From an uncultured Desulfarculus sp. (GTDB lineage Bacteria > Desulfobacterota > Desulfarculia > Desulfarculales > Desulfarculaceae), in contig CAXXUK010000001.1 of NCBI GenBank assembly GCA_963665125.2, positions 3,232,001-3,296,000 of the forward strand: 64,000 nt of DNA. The letters are read 5' to 3'. Of the stretch, positions 1 through 10,491 are shown piece after piece; positions within the stretch are counted from its first letter, which is position 1; each line of letters starts with the position of its first letter. A program made the translations under genes and the position numbers. The notes under the pieces were generated by a model. The model saw only the letters and a list, made by a program, of their open reading frames with translations, did no database searches and was not told the DNA's origin.

Positions 1-14
1 ATTTACTTTAATTA

Positions 15-821
15 TTAGTCTTCCCAGAAATACACCACCCGCCATTGCTGGCCAGCGAAATCCACGGTCTGCCAGATGCAGCTCTTGGAGGCCATTTTCC
101 CGGCGGCGTTCTTGTATTTATAGTTCCCCTCGCCCATGGGCGCGGCCAGGATTTGGCGGCCCAGTTCGGCGAATTGAGGGTAGAGCTTCTTGAACTTGGG
201 GTCTTTCAAAACCGAGCGATAGTTGTTTTCCTGGCGGTTGCTGTACACGAAAAATCCGTCGTCGGCCCGCAGGATGAACACGTTGGAGCCGTATTCAGGC
301 GGCATGGCGTCGACCACGAAATCAGCCAGGTTGAAAGTGATGCTCACTATGCCCCAATATTTGCCGTTGCAGTTGACAGGATAATTCAGGGCGTTGGCCA
401 CGAAACCCTCGGCCATGGTGAAATGCTTGCTCAATAGCGGCATGCCGGTCTCGCGCACCGTGTCGGCCTGGCCGGGGTTGCCGGTCTTTTTGCCGATGGC
501 CGCGTCAAAGTCCTTGGGCAACACGCTGATGATGGTGTTTTCCTGGTCCAAAGTCACCACAGACAGGACATAAGGCTCGCCTTCATACAGTCCGCCCAGC
601 ACCTTCATGCAATGCTGGCTCTCCAGCCCGGCCTCGCACAGGGTCGCGGCCGCAGTAGACATGCGGCCGTTGATATCGGCTATTTGTTTTTGTATCGCCC
701 CCACCACCAGATCCAACTCGGTCTGGTGATCCGAGGCATCGGGCCCAGGCGGGGTGGCCCAGGCCGGGACGGCCAATACGAGCATAAGCAGCAGGCAAAA
801 AACAATGCGCGTGGTTTTCAT
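15..821 (-). CDS. Secreted/periplasmic Cache-like sensor domain protein (stand-alone)
   Basis: Signal peptide (AVPAWA); Cache-like motifs 'PLLSKHFTMAEG...YPV...GIVSITF' and C-terminal 'WQTVDFAGQQWRVV'; no TM or output domain. Confidence 0.6.
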   Translation of the reverse strand: MKTTRIVFCLLLMLVLAVPAWATPPGPDASDHQTELDLVVGAIQKQIADINGRMSTAAATLCEAGLESQHCMKVLGGLYEGEPYVLSVVTLDQENTIISVLPKDFDAAIGKKTGNPGQADTVRETGMPLLSKHFTMAEGFVANALNYPVNCNGKYWGIVSITFNLADFVVDAMPPEYGSNVFILRADDGFFVYSNRQENNYRSVLKDPKFKKLYPQFAELGRQILAAPMGEGNYKYKNAAGKMASKSCIWQTVDFAGQQWRVVYFWED

Positions 822-980
822 GAGGCTCCTTCCATAACCGGCCCTTGGGCCGCGGTCTTGCTTGGCGTTTTTCTCATAATGCCACTTTTATACCTTTAGC
901 GCCAATGTCCGGTTGGCGTGGAGAGCCTTTATCCGGTGTGTTATGATTTTCCAATATTTAATAGCGGGGGCGCCAGCGCA

Positions 981-2933
981 ATGATTAGCATTCTCATGGA
1001 CATGGTCATCATTTTCGGCCTTTCCCTGGCCGGGGTCTACATCTGCCATTGGCTGCGCCTGCCCAGCATCCTGGGCTTTCTTTTAAGCGGTGCCTTGCTG
1101 GGCCCCCACGGCTTCGGGGTCATCCACAACGCCCACGAGGTCGAGATTCTGGCCGAAATCGGCGTTGTGCTGCTGTTGTTCACCATCGGCCTGGAATTCA
1201 GCCTGCGGGAGATCAAGCGCCTCAAACGGGCGGCCCTGCTGGGCGGTTCCTTGCAGGTCTTCGGCACCCTGGCCCTTGCAGCCGGGGCATGCCGGTTACT
1301 GGGTTTTTCCTGGAGCATCTCGATTTTCTGCGGCTTTTTGATGGCCCTTTCCAGTACGGCCATTGTCCTCAAACTGATGCAGGACCGGGCCATCCTTGAC
1401 AGCCCAGGCGGCAACACAACCCTGGCCGTGCTGCTGTTCCAGGACATCATCGTGGTGCCCATGATGCTGGTTACGCCCCTTTTAGCCGGGCAAAGCGAAC
1501 CGGGCGGCGGCTGGCTTTTTTTGGCCAAGGGCGGAGCCATGATGCTGCTTTTGTTGGTGGGCGCCCGCTGGATCATACCCAAGGTCCTCAACAGCCTGGT
1601 GGCCACCCGCAGCAGGGAGCTGTTCATCATCGCCGTGGTGGGCCTGTGCCTGGCCGTGGCCATGCTTACCTGGTGGGCCGGGCTGTCTCTGGCCCTGGGC
1701 GCGTTCATCGCCGGGCTGATCCTGGCCGAATCTCCTTACGGCCATCAGGCCGTGGGCAGCATCATGCCCATGCGCGACATCTTCACCAGCCTGTTTTTCG
1801 TGTCCATCGGCATGCTTTTCGATGTGCAGTTTCTGTTGCGCTCGCCCGGCACGGTGGCCCTGATTCTGGGGGCGGTCCTGGTGTTGAAGACCCTCACCGG
1901 CGGCGCGGCGGCCAGGGCCGTGGGCCTGCCCCTGAAATCGGCGGCCCTGGTGGCTCTGGGCCTGAGCCAGGTGGGCGAGTTTTCCTTTATCCTGGCCAAG
2001 ATCGGCATGGAGCACAGCCTGCTGACCCAGGAGCTGTATCAACTTTTCATGGTCGTCTCCGTGGTGACCATGGCCCTGACTCCCTCGCTGCTTAGCCTGG
2101 GCCAGGCCGTCGGCAAGCGGCGCAAGTCCTATACCGAGGCCAAGCCGCCTGACCAGGCGGCCACCGGCCACATCATCGTGGTAGGTTACGGCATCAACGG
2201 CCGCAACGTGGTGCGGGCCGCCACCTTGGCCGGTATCCCCCATGTGGTCATCGAGATGAACCCCTCGGTGGTGCGCCGGGAGCAAAAGGACGGCGAAAAC
2301 ATCTTCTTCGGCGACGCCTCGTCGCCCGACGTGCTGGCCCATGCCGGTGTGCACAGCGCCAACGTCATGGTCATTGCCATTGCCGATCCGGCAGCCACCC
2401 GCCATATCACGGCCACGGCCAAGGCCATGAACCAGGGACTGCACGTCATCGCCCGCACACGGTTCGTCCAGGAAGTCGACGCACTCTACGCCCTGGGGGC
2501 CGACGAAGTCGTGCCAGAGGAATACGAGACCTCCCTGGAGCTATTCACGCGCGTACTGCGGCGGCTGATGATCCCGGAAAGCGAAATCCGCCGCCGGGTC
2601 CATGAACTCAAGGCCAAGAGCTACAAGCAGCTTCGGCTCCAGGAGCCCGAGCCCCTGGAAAGCGGCGGGCTGGCCGACCTGTTGGCCGACGTGCAGATGT
2701 CCACCTTCAAGGTCGAACCGGAGGCGCCGCTGGCCGGGCAGACCCTGGGCCAGGCCAATCTGCGCCGGGACCATAACCTGACCGTGCTGGCCATCCAACG
2801 CGGCGGCCAGGTCATCCCCGCGCCCGACGCCGACGCCTTGATCATGGCCGGGGACAGGCTGGTGATTCTGGGCGACGCCGAAGACATGGCCCAGGCTCCG
2901 GGCCTTTTCTGCCTGGATGATCTCCAGGCATAG
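981..2933 (+). CDS. CPA2-family monovalent cation:proton antiporter with RCK (TrkA-N, TrkA-C) domains
   Basis: Many TM segments, 'AEIGVVLLLFTIGLEFS', 'LSSTAIV', 'LLFQD', 'LSQVGEFSF'; TrkA-N 'IIVVGYGING', 'FGDAS'; start moved to ATG 981. Confidence 0.9.
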   Translation: MISILMDMVIIFGLSLAGVYICHWLRLPSILGFLLSGALLGPHGFGVIHNAHEVEILAEIGVVLLLFTIGLEFSLREIKRLKRAALLGGSLQVFGTLALAAGACRLLGFSWSISIFCGFLMALSSTAIVLKLMQDRAILDSPGGNTTLAVLLFQDIIVVPMMLVTPLLAGQSEPGGGWLFLAKGGAMMLLLLVGARWIIPKVLNSLVATRSRELFIIAVVGLCLAVAMLTWWAGLSLALGAFIAGLILAESPYGHQAVGSIMPMRDIFTSLFFVSIGMLFDVQFLLRSPGTVALILGAVLVLKTLTGGAAARAVGLPLKSAALVALGLSQVGEFSFILAKIGMEHSLLTQELYQLFMVVSVVTMALTPSLLSLGQAVGKRRKSYTEAKPPDQAATGHIIVVGYGINGRNVVRAATLAGIPHVVIEMNPSVVRREQKDGENIFFGDASSPDVLAHAGVHSANVMVIAIADPAATRHITATAKAMNQGLHVIARTRFVQEVDALYALGADEVVPEEYETSLELFTRVLRRLMIPESEIRRRVHELKAKSYKQLRLQEPEPLESGGLADLLADVQMSTFKVEPEAPLAGQTLGQANLRRDHNLTVLAIQRGGQVIPAPDADALIMAGDRLVILGDAEDMAQAPGLFCLDDLQA

Positions 2934-3058
2934 ACCGCCGGAAGGCACACCGGTACGTTGTTGCCATGCGCAGTCCCCTTTGGCACTATGGGATGTGTTG
3001 CCTGAAATTCGCGAACCCATGCAACGCCACATCCCGGAGACGTCAAAGGAGATATGCA

Positions 3059-4186
3059 ATGTTCAAGAAATTGCTCCGGCTCGCGGGCCTGGCCGCCTTG
3101 CTATTGGCCGCTCCCGCCCTGGCCGGGCCCATGCCCGATTGCTGTTCACCCAAATACAAGGACAACGTGATGCAAAGTTACCGAAACCTGCAATACAAGA
3201 TGTGTATTTACGGTGAACTCCCGGCCAAGGGCGCGGGCCTGCGTTTGGGAGTGTATCAGGCCCAGGCCTCCTATGGCCCCGGCGCCACCGACAAAAACCT
3301 GGCCCGCCTGGAAAACGCGGTAAAGCAGGCCGCCCGCTTCGGCGTACAGCTGCTGTCGTTTCCCGAGCTGTACCTGCCCGGCTACACCCTGAGCCCGGAA
3401 GAGGCCCGCCAGGTGGCCCAGTACGCCGCAGGACCGGCCATCACCCAGGCTTGCAAGATCGCCGCCGCGCACAAAATTGCCCTGTTGGTGCCCTATGCCG
3501 AAAAGGACGACGAATCAGACGGCAAGACCTATTACTACGACAGTATCGCGGTGATCAGCGCCCGGGGCAAGCTGCTGCAAAGCTACCGCAAAACTCATCT
3601 GTACGCCCAGCAGGAGCGGGACAACTGGTCGTTCGGCGACAAGCTCTGCGACATCTTCGAGGTCAACGGCCTGCCCGTGGGCGTCTTGAACTGTTACGAA
3701 TGCGAATTCCCCGAGCTTAGCCGCATCCTGGCCCTGCGGGGAGCCAAACTCATCGTCGGCCCCACGGCCGCCGACTGCTACTACACCCTCACCACCGGCA
3801 AACGCAGCGACGTGCCCTACCCGGACATCTCCAAGACCCTGATCCCGGCCTATGCCTATGCCAACAACATCTTCTTCGCCTACTCCAACCGCTGCGGCAT
3901 TGAATCCCGGCAGGACAACCAGTGGCACTACCGGGGCAACAGTATCATCTGCGGCCCTCACGGCGACGTAATCGCCGAGGCCAACCACCAGCAAGACACC
4001 ATGCTGGTGGCCGACATCATCCCCGGCGACTACGGCATGACCCACCCCGAGCCCAAGTACGACTACCTGCGGGACCGCAGGCCCGGCCTGTACAAGGAAC
4101 TGGTCGAGCCCAAGGCCGACTTTGTGGAGGGAGGCTGGACCTACCCCAAATACATCGAAGGCAAGGAAGTGCCGCCCCGCAAATAA
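3059..4186 (+). CDS. Carbon-nitrogen hydrolase (nitrilase superfamily) with signal peptide
   Basis: Triad motifs FPELY, YRKTHL, NCYE; RBS AAGGAG before ATG 3059; N-terminus MFKKLLRLAGLAALLLAAPALA. Confidence 0.85.
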   Translation: MFKKLLRLAGLAALLLAAPALAGPMPDCCSPKYKDNVMQSYRNLQYKMCIYGELPAKGAGLRLGVYQAQASYGPGATDKNLARLENAVKQAARFGVQLLSFPELYLPGYTLSPEEARQVAQYAAGPAITQACKIAAAHKIALLVPYAEKDDESDGKTYYYDSIAVISARGKLLQSYRKTHLYAQQERDNWSFGDKLCDIFEVNGLPVGVLNCYECEFPELSRILALRGAKLIVGPTAADCYYTLTTGKRSDVPYPDISKTLIPAYAYANNIFFAYSNRCGIESRQDNQWHYRGNSIICGPHGDVIAEANHQQDTMLVADIIPGDYGMTHPEPKYDYLRDRRPGLYKELVEPKADFVEGGWTYPKYIEGKEVPPRK

Positions 4187-4211
4187 AATCCAACACTCAA
4201 ATTAAAATTAC

Positions 4212-4248
4212 ACGCCGCCTCAATCCTTCGTGGATTCGGGCGGCGTTT
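4212..4248 (+). terminator. Intrinsic terminator
   Basis: ACGCCGCC...GGCGGCGT hairpin followed by T, just after the hydrolase stop. Confidence 0.6.
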
Positions 4249-4322
4249 GACGTCATACTTTTATAAATACGCAAATAATTCTCAATAAGCATGAAGCAAG
4301 AGTTTTTCGGAGCAGTTCATCA

Positions 4323-5540
4323 ATGGATGTTTTTGTGGCCCGCCAGCCCATACTCGACCGCAAGGGAAGCCTCTTTGCCTACGAGTTGTTGGCCCGCACC
4401 AGCATGGAAAACCGATACGACGCGAAAAACGCCGAGCAGGCCACGGCCAGGGTCATCTGCACATCAGGGACCTCCGTGGGCCTGGAGGACATCACCGGCG
4501 GCAAACCGGCTTTTGTAAATTTTTCCCGTGACGCCTTGCTCCAGGGCCTCGTCCTGGCCATCCCTCCGGAGCGGATCGTGGTGGAGGTCCTCGAAGACAT
4601 TGAGCCAGACACCGAGGTCATCGAAGCCATTACGGCACTAAAGAAAAAGGCGTATCTAATCGCCCTTGACGACCAGTTCGCCTATGACCCCAAAATGGAG
4701 CCCCTGCTAAAGCTTGCCGACATCGTCAAGATAGACCGCACGGACTATGCCGATCCGGCCTGTATAAAATTGCGGGAAAGATGCAAGGAGCTTGGGGTGA
4801 TGCTATTGGCCGAAAAGGTTGAAAACAGCATTGAGCACCAAAACGCCCTGGAGGCCGGGTTCCGGCTTTTTCAGGGGTATTATTATCAAAAGCCGGAGGT
4901 CAAGTCCGGCAAGAGCATCGCTTCCAATCAGGCCTCGCAATTCCGCATCCTCCAGGAACTGCAAAATGAACCTCTAGATCTCGACATCCTGGAAAAGCTG
5001 GTCGGCCAGGACGTGTCGCTGACCTATCGTTTGCTGCTATACATCAATTCTTCCTATTTCAGTTGGATGGAAGAAGTAAACTCGGTACATAGGGCCTTTT
5101 ACTACCTGGGCGAAAACAACATCCGCAAATGGCTTTCCCTGGCCGTTTTGGCCGATCTCACCGAAGATCGGCCCACCGAGTTGATCACCGGTTCGCTGGT
5201 CCGGGCCTTTTTCTGTGAATCGGCCTATCACGCCATGGGCAAGCAAGATGATGACGGCTCCGCCTTCATGACCGGCCTGCTTTCCTTGCTGGAGGCGATT
5301 CTTCTGGTGCCCATGGCCGAAATCTTGGGAAAACTCCCCCTTAGCCAGTCCATTAAAAGGGCTTTAAGCGGAGACAAGGATGAGCCTCTGGCCAAAATGC
5401 TGGACCTGTCCCGCCAGGTGGAGAGTGGCCATTGGGATCAGGCGGCTGAACTGGCCGAATACCTGGGCCTGCCCATGCCCGACGTGGGCCAATTCGGCAT
5501 GGAATCCATGCGGCTGGCCAACAGTCTGCTGTCATTGTGA
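4323..5540 (+). CDS. EAL + HDOD domain protein (YuxH/PdeH-like)
   Basis: 'FVARQPILD', 'AYELLAR', 'FVNFS', 'VEVLE', 'ALDD', 'VKID', 'LAEKVE', 'FQGYY'; C-terminal HDOD 'DVSLTYRLLLYINS'. Confidence 0.88.
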   Translation: MDVFVARQPILDRKGSLFAYELLARTSMENRYDAKNAEQATARVICTSGTSVGLEDITGGKPAFVNFSRDALLQGLVLAIPPERIVVEVLEDIEPDTEVIEAITALKKKAYLIALDDQFAYDPKMEPLLKLADIVKIDRTDYADPACIKLRERCKELGVMLLAEKVENSIEHQNALEAGFRLFQGYYYQKPEVKSGKSIASNQASQFRILQELQNEPLDLDILEKLVGQDVSLTYRLLLYINSSYFSWMEEVNSVHRAFYYLGENNIRKWLSLAVLADLTEDRPTELITGSLVRAFFCESAYHAMGKQDDDGSAFMTGLLSLLEAILLVPMAEILGKLPLSQSIKRALSGDKDEPLAKMLDLSRQVESGHWDQAAELAEYLGLPMPDVGQFGMESMRLANSLLSL

Positions 5541-5755
5541 TTCATTAATTAGAAGGAGCGCATCGGCTTGCTCCCGCTCATTGCGCCCCAGTGAGTTTGA
5601 AAAGGCAACATCACGTTATCCACAAACGCCGCTCCGCCATTGCTTCGGCGTCACTCTTCATTGACGCTCGGATCAAAAGATAATAATGTCTGCCTGTTCG
5701 ATCTGGATTCGGCCCCCAAGCTTCAGTTGAGCTTCGTGTTGGTTGCTCATACCTG

Positions 5756-6151
5756 TTGGAGATGAAAATGCATAGAATAGTGTCGTTGTTTTGCGTGGTT
5801 CTTCTGTTGGCCCTGGCCGGAGCGGCCCATGCCTACACCCTCATGGTGACAAACCAAACCAGCCCGGAAGACGGCGTCAGCGTCCGGTGCGACTTTAGGG
5901 GAGACTATGGGCTTGTTGGTGCCATCTCGACCGTCATGCCCGGAAATAGCTCGACGAGAAACATCACCGGACGTGAGGCCGAAGACTGCTTCAGGGAGAT
6001 CAAAATCACGCCTCTGCAAGCGTTTCCCGGGTGCCCGGATTTGTTCAAGGAAGTCACATTGAGCGGTTCGTGGTGTGACCACACCAATGTAAAGGTCAAA
6101 CGTGACGGTTGCGGCTTGGCGGTGGAGGCCGAGCGGCTGGTCAATGAGTAG
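5756..6151 (+). CDS. Small secreted Cys-rich hypothetical protein (paralog A)
   Basis: Signal peptide ending AAHA-Y; shares CF..FxGCP..GxWC..VKxxRDGC with next gene; exact start uncertain. Confidence 0.7.
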   Translation: MEMKMHRIVSLFCVVLLLALAGAAHAYTLMVTNQTSPEDGVSVRCDFRGDYGLVGAISTVMPGNSSTRNITGREAEDCFREIKITPLQAFPGCPDLFKEVTLSGSWCDHTNVKVKRDGCGLAVEAERLVNE

Positions 6152-6177
6152 CCCGTTCGCCCGCTTACCATGGATTG

Positions 6178-6218
6178 AAAAAGGCTGTGGCCTGCCGTAT
6201 TGCGGCCACAGCCTTTTT
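6178..6218. terminator. Intrinsic terminator hairpin
   Basis: AAAAAGGCTGTGGCC...GGCCACAGCCTTTTT. Confidence 0.75.
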
Positions 6219-6387
6219 ATTGCTAGCCCAAGGCAAGCCGGTGCGCCGCATATTGCCGGGCGCCGAGCCGGCAAGGCCTTCTAGGCATCCACCATATTGA
6301 CCGGTTGTTAGGTTGGATTTATGATGATGGTATCAACGCAACGGCATTGACAAACCCATCCGCGAAACAGTTGTCATCTTTAAGATA

Positions 6388-6783
6388 ATGGAGGACAACA
6401 TGTTGAAAGCAGTAGGCTTATTTTGCATTGCCATTCTGCTGGCATCGGCGGTCGCGGCCCAGGCCTACAGCGTCACCGTGACAAACGAGATGAACACGAC
6501 CGACGGCCTGGGCATCCAGTATGAACACAATATGGACTTTGACACCTATTATTATAAAGCCTTTCTAATCCAGCCCGGTGAGTCGTGGGAAAAATCCTAT
6601 GGCGGACTTTACAGCGGGGTCTGCTTCAAAAGATTCGCCATCAGGGTAAAACAGGAGTTCAGCGGCTGCCCATCCGGCAACCTGACCGACAAATGGATCG
6701 AAAAGAAAGGCACATGGTGCCGAAACGTCAAGGTCAAGGCGATCCGTGACGGCTGCAACCTGATCATTGAGGTGGGCCACTAA
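6388..6783 (+). CDS. Small secreted Cys-rich hypothetical protein (paralog B)
   Basis: Signal peptide ending AAQA-Y; same Cys pattern as 5756-6151; true start may be ATG 6400 after GGAGG. Confidence 0.7.
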   Translation: MEDNMLKAVGLFCIAILLASAVAAQAYSVTVTNEMNTTDGLGIQYEHNMDFDTYYYKAFLIQPGESWEKSYGGLYSGVCFKRFAIRVKQEFSGCPSGNLTDKWIEKKGTWCRNVKVKAIRDGCNLIIEVGH

Positions 6784-6797
6784 AACCAGCGTGGTTT

Positions 6798-6838
6798 ATA
6801 AAACAAGGCGGAGGCTTTCGGCCTCCGCCTTGTTTTAT
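6798..6838. terminator. Bidirectional intrinsic terminator
   Basis: Perfect inverted repeat ATAAAACAAGGCGGAGGC-TTTCG-GCCTCCGCCTTGTTTTAT between convergent genes. Confidence 0.9.
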
Positions 6839-6863
6839 GGCGTTAGGTAATTCCGCTATGGCG

Positions 6864-8687
6864 TCAGACGTGCTTGCGGGCGCCGCCCAGCTTTTTCATC
6901 TCTTTTTTGCGCAGGCGGATGGACTTGGGCGTCACCTCGACCAGTTCATCTTCGTCGATGTATTCCATGGCCTGCTCCAGGGTGAAATTCCGGGGAGGAA
7001 TCAGGCGCAAGGCCTCGTCGGCGGCCGATGCCCGGATGTTGGTCAGCTTCTTTTCCTTGGTGATGTTGACGGCGATGTCTTCGGTGCGGGAATTCTGCCC
7101 CACTATCAGGCCGGGATATGACGGATCGCCCGGGCTGACAAAGATCGTGCCCCTGGGCTGTAAATGGAAAATGCCGTAGGCCACGGCCTTGCCCAAGCGG
7201 TCGCTGACCAGCGAACCGTTCGAGCGTCCGGCGATCTCTCCGGCATGGGGCGTGTGGCCGATGACCAGGGTGGTCAGTATGCCGGTGCCCCTGGTGTCGG
7301 TGAGGAACTGCGAACGGTAACCAATAAGCCCGCGAGTGGGTATCTCGAACTCCATGCGCACCCGGCCTAGGCCATTGTTGACCATCTTGGCCATCTTGCC
7401 CCGCCGTTTCGAAAGCTTCTCGGTAACCACGCCCACGAACTCGTCGGGCACGTCCACCACGGCCAATTCCAGGGGCTCGCACTTGACGCCATCGATGTCC
7501 TTGACAATGATCTGTGGCTTGGATAGCGACATTTCAAAGCCCTCGCGGCGCATGGTTTCCACCAGCACGGCAAGCTGCAATTCGCCCCGGGCGCTGACCT
7601 TGAATGTGTCGCTGGTCTGGCCCGGCTCCACCCTGATGGACACGTTGTACAGGGTTTCCTTTTCCAGGCGGGCCTTGATCTGCCGGGAGTTGACCTGTGA
7701 GCCTTCGGTGCCGGCCAGGGGCGATGTGTTGATGCCGAACTCCATGGACATGGTCGGCTCTTCCACGGTAATGCCCGGCAGGGCCTTGGGTCTGTCCGGG
7801 TCGGCCAGGGTGTCGCCGATGAAGGCGTCTTCCACACCGGCCACGGCGGCTATATCGCCTGGACCTATGCTGTCGGTGGACACCCTTTGCAGGCCTTCAT
7901 AGGTATAAACCTGGCTAAGGCCGAAGCGTCCGGCGTCCTGTCCTTTTTTCAAAAGGGCCACCTGCTGGCCGGCCAACAGCGAACCGCTAACGACCTTGCC
8001 CACGGCGATGCGGCCCACGTAATCCGAATAATCCAGGTTGGTCACCAGAAATTGCAGGGGCGAATCAGCGTCGCACTTGGGCGGCGGGAAATAATCGATG
8101 ATGGCGTCGAACAAAGGCTTGAGGTCCGAGCCCTCTTCCTCCGGGTCGTTGAGGGCGATGCCGGCCTTGGCGTTGGTGTAGAGCATGGGAAATTCCAGCT
8201 GCTCCTCGGTGGCGTCCAGGTCGATGAGCAGGTCGAAAAGCTCGTTTTCCACCTCGGCTATGCGGCGGTCGGGCCGGTCGATCTTGTTGATCACCGCGAT
8301 GAGCGGCAGTCCCTTGGCCAGGGACTTGCTGAGCACGAAGCGGGTCTGGGGCAATGGCCCCTCGGAAGCGTCCACCAGCAGCAAAACGCCGTCGACCATG
8401 TTCAGGGTGCGCTCCACCTCGCCGCCGAAGTCGGCGTGGCCCGGCGTATCGACGATGTTGAGCTTGACGCCGCCGTAATTGATGGCCGTGTTCTTGGCCA
8501 TGATGGTGATGCCCTTTTCCCGCTCCAGATCCATGGAGTCCATCACCCGTTCGGCCACCTGCTCGTTTTCGCGGAACACGCCGCTTTGCCAAAGCATGGC
8601 GTCGACCAATGTGGTCTTGCCGTGGTCAACGTGGGCCACAATGGCCAGGTTGCGCAGGTCTTTTATTGTTTTTTTCGGACCGGTCAT
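6864..8687 (-). CDS. typA: Translational GTPase TypA/BipA
   Basis: '[10 protein letters not shown]', 'EREKGITI', '[14 protein letters not shown]', 'NKID', C-terminal 'KKLTNIRAS...[15 protein letters not shown]'. Confidence 0.97.
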   Translation of the reverse strand: MTGPKKTIKDLRNLAIVAHVDHGKTTLVDAMLWQSGVFRENEQVAERVMDSMDLEREKGITIMAKNTAINYGGVKLNIVDTPGHADFGGEVERTLNMVDGVLLLVDASEGPLPQTRFVLSKSLAKGLPLIAVINKIDRPDRRIAEVENELFDLLIDLDATEEQLEFPMLYTNAKAGIALNDPEEEGSDLKPLFDAIIDYFPPPKCDADSPLQFLVTNLDYSDYVGRIAVGKVVSGSLLAGQQVALLKKGQDAGRFGLSQVYTYEGLQRVSTDSIGPGDIAAVAGVEDAFIGDTLADPDRPKALPGITVEEPTMSMEFGINTSPLAGTEGSQVNSRQIKARLEKETLYNVSIRVEPGQTSDTFKVSARGELQLAVLVETMRREGFEMSLSKPQIIVKDIDGVKCEPLELAVVDVPDEFVGVVTEKLSKRRGKMAKMVNNGLGRVRMEFEIPTRGLIGYRSQFLTDTRGTGILTTLVIGHTPHAGEIAGRSNGSLVSDRLGKAVAYGIFHLQPRGTIFVSPGDPSYPGLIVGQNSRTEDIAVNITKEKKLTNIRASAADEALRLIPPRNFTLEQAMEYIDEDELVEVTPKSIRLRKKEMKKLGGARKHV

Positions 8688-8842
8688 GATCGTCCCCAAG
8701 CGGCAGGGCCGCTGATAGAGCCATGGGCAAATTTGGTTTTGCTTGAATCGGGCTATTGAATACCACAAAAACCGTATGCCGGCCCGGACCATGGCCCAAG
8801 ACCGGCAGATTTATTAAAAAATTCACCGAATCGGCAAGTCGC

Positions 8843-9565
8843 CTAAATATCGAACCCCACTTCCACGAAGAAGCCGCCGGGCTTTATGTTCATGTCGGTG
8901 TCCGTCGCGTTGTTGGATGATTTGTCGTCCTCCAGGGTCAGGTAGTGGTAACCCGCGCCGATGAAGAAAAACTCGGTGAACGGATAGACCTCCACCTTGG
9001 CCAGGCAGTCGAAGGTCTTCTGGTCGCTGACCGACCAGCCCCGCAGTTCAAGGCCGAGGGCCAGCCAATTGATGGGCTCCACCCTGGCGCCTGCATAAAC
9101 AAAGGGCATGACCTTGTTGTCGGCCAGGTTGCCGGTGAACGAATGGATGTCCACATCGCCGTCATAGAAACGGCCGCCCAGGCCAAAGGTGACATCCAGG
9201 ATGTCGTTGCTCAGGGTGCGGATCATGGGCACATGCCAATAGAGCGTGGCGTCGAAGATCTTCAGGTCGATGCTGCTATTGAGCCTGCCGTCGTCGAACT
9301 TCACCGTGTTGTAGTCGAGCTTGATATCCGGCACGATGGGCAGTGGATGCTCCAGCCGGGCCCACAGGCTAAGGTTGGCCTTGTCGCCGAAGTTGAAGTC
9401 CGAGTCCAGGTCCACGTTTTCGATATCGCCGCCGGGCTGCAGGTACCAGACCCCAACCGCGCCGGAAAAGTTGAATCCGGCCGGTCCGGCAGTTGCCGCC
9501 AAGGGCGCAAGGCACAGCGTCAAAACAGTCAGCAGGCTGAGGGTGTGTCGCATAATCTTTTTCAT
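8843..9565 (-). CDS. Outer-membrane beta-barrel protein (TIGR04219-like)
   Basis: Signal peptide, 'LEHPLPIVPDIKL' motif, alternating beta strands, aromatic C-terminal strand. Confidence 0.7.
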   Translation of the reverse strand: MKKIMRHTLSLLTVLTLCLAPLAATAGPAGFNFSGAVGVWYLQPGGDIENVDLDSDFNFGDKANLSLWARLEHPLPIVPDIKLDYNTVKFDDGRLNSSIDLKIFDATLYWHVPMIRTLSNDILDVTFGLGGRFYDGDVDIHSFTGNLADNKVMPFVYAGARVEPINWLALGLELRGWSVSDQKTFDCLAKVEVYPFTEFFFIGAGYHYLTLEDDKSSNNATDTDMNIKPGGFFVEVGFDI

Positions 9566-9755
9566 GATTCGCCGCCTTTGCACTTAAAAATTTATTTGCC
9601 GACAGTGACAATCGGCCACCACGCCAAAATGAATGGGAATACTAAACCATTGGCCAGCCTTGGTCAAACCGGCCAAAGCCCCGGATACGGGAGCAGGGGC
9701 TATCTTCCGCCCTGCCGGGCCCGCCAACGCCCTTCCGGGTTCCGCCCCTATGCCA

Positions 9756-10178
9756 TCATTGCCTTGCCAAATGAACGACTTTGTTCATTGACTTGAAAGG
9801 CAGATGATGTCTTACCTCGGTGAGCGCCAGTTCTCGGCCCTTGTCCGAAAAGCCCACCAGGAACAAATCCTTGATCCGGTCAGGTTTTTCGGCGCCGAGC
9901 ATGCAGACATACTCCGTGTCGCCGTAGGAAGCCCATTTCCAACGCAGTTGCTCTTTTGTGTCCTTGTTGGTTTTTTCTATCGTGGCCGTGCCGTCCTGCC
10001 TGAAGCTGATGACCAACGGATCAATTGATCTTTCACGCCCCCCGTCGACCCGCTTGACCATTTTCCACGACCCGATCAGGAGCTGTTTGCTATCGGGGCC
10101 GCCGTCCTTGGTGCAGCCCGCGGCCAAAACCAAGGCCATGCAAAGCATAAGGCCGGTAACAGCGGTGACAATTCGCAT
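9756..10178 (-). CDS. Lipoprotein, lipocalin-like
   Basis: Lipobox LAAGC; 'LIGSWKMV' GxW motif. Confidence 0.6.
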   Translation of the reverse strand: MRIVTAVTGLMLCMALVLAAGCTKDGGPDSKQLLIGSWKMVKRVDGGRERSIDPLVISFRQDGTATIEKTNKDTKEQLRWKWASYGDTEYVCMLGAEKPDRIKDLFLVGFSDKGRELALTEVRHHLPFKSMNKVVHLARQ

Positions 10179-10298
10179 TAATCACTCCTGTTCGCTTTGG
10201 TTCACAAGGGTTGAGCCCCTATCGGCATATTAATTTGGAGGGGCCGCCCTTGTCCAGGATCACAAGCGCAGCCCGCTATTTCCAACCATCAACCCTAG

Positions 10299-10491
10299 CA
10301 GGCCGTTGAAATACAGGCTGCTAGGCGGGCCACGGATTCACCCCAACAAGGCTTCGCTTTGCCGGGTACCCCGTTACGGCCCGCCAGTTTGCGCGGTTTT
10401 GTAAAAACAAGCAAACTGAGCGACTTGGCAAAACCACGCTTTTGCCAAGTCGCGGTTGAAAAAGTCTAGGATGGACTTTTTCAACACCCTG
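10299..10491. mobile_element. MITE-like non-autonomous element
   Basis: Terminal inverted repeats CAGGCCGTTGAAA / TTTCAACACCCTG, flanked on both sides by CTAG (10295-10298, 10492-10495); two internal hairpins; no credible ORF. Confidence 0.65.

Noticed and set aside
2935..3050. Sigma54 promoter or riboswitch upstream of the C-N hydrolase
   Set aside because: TGGCAC is present but lacks TTGC at the required spacing; no recognisable aptamer.
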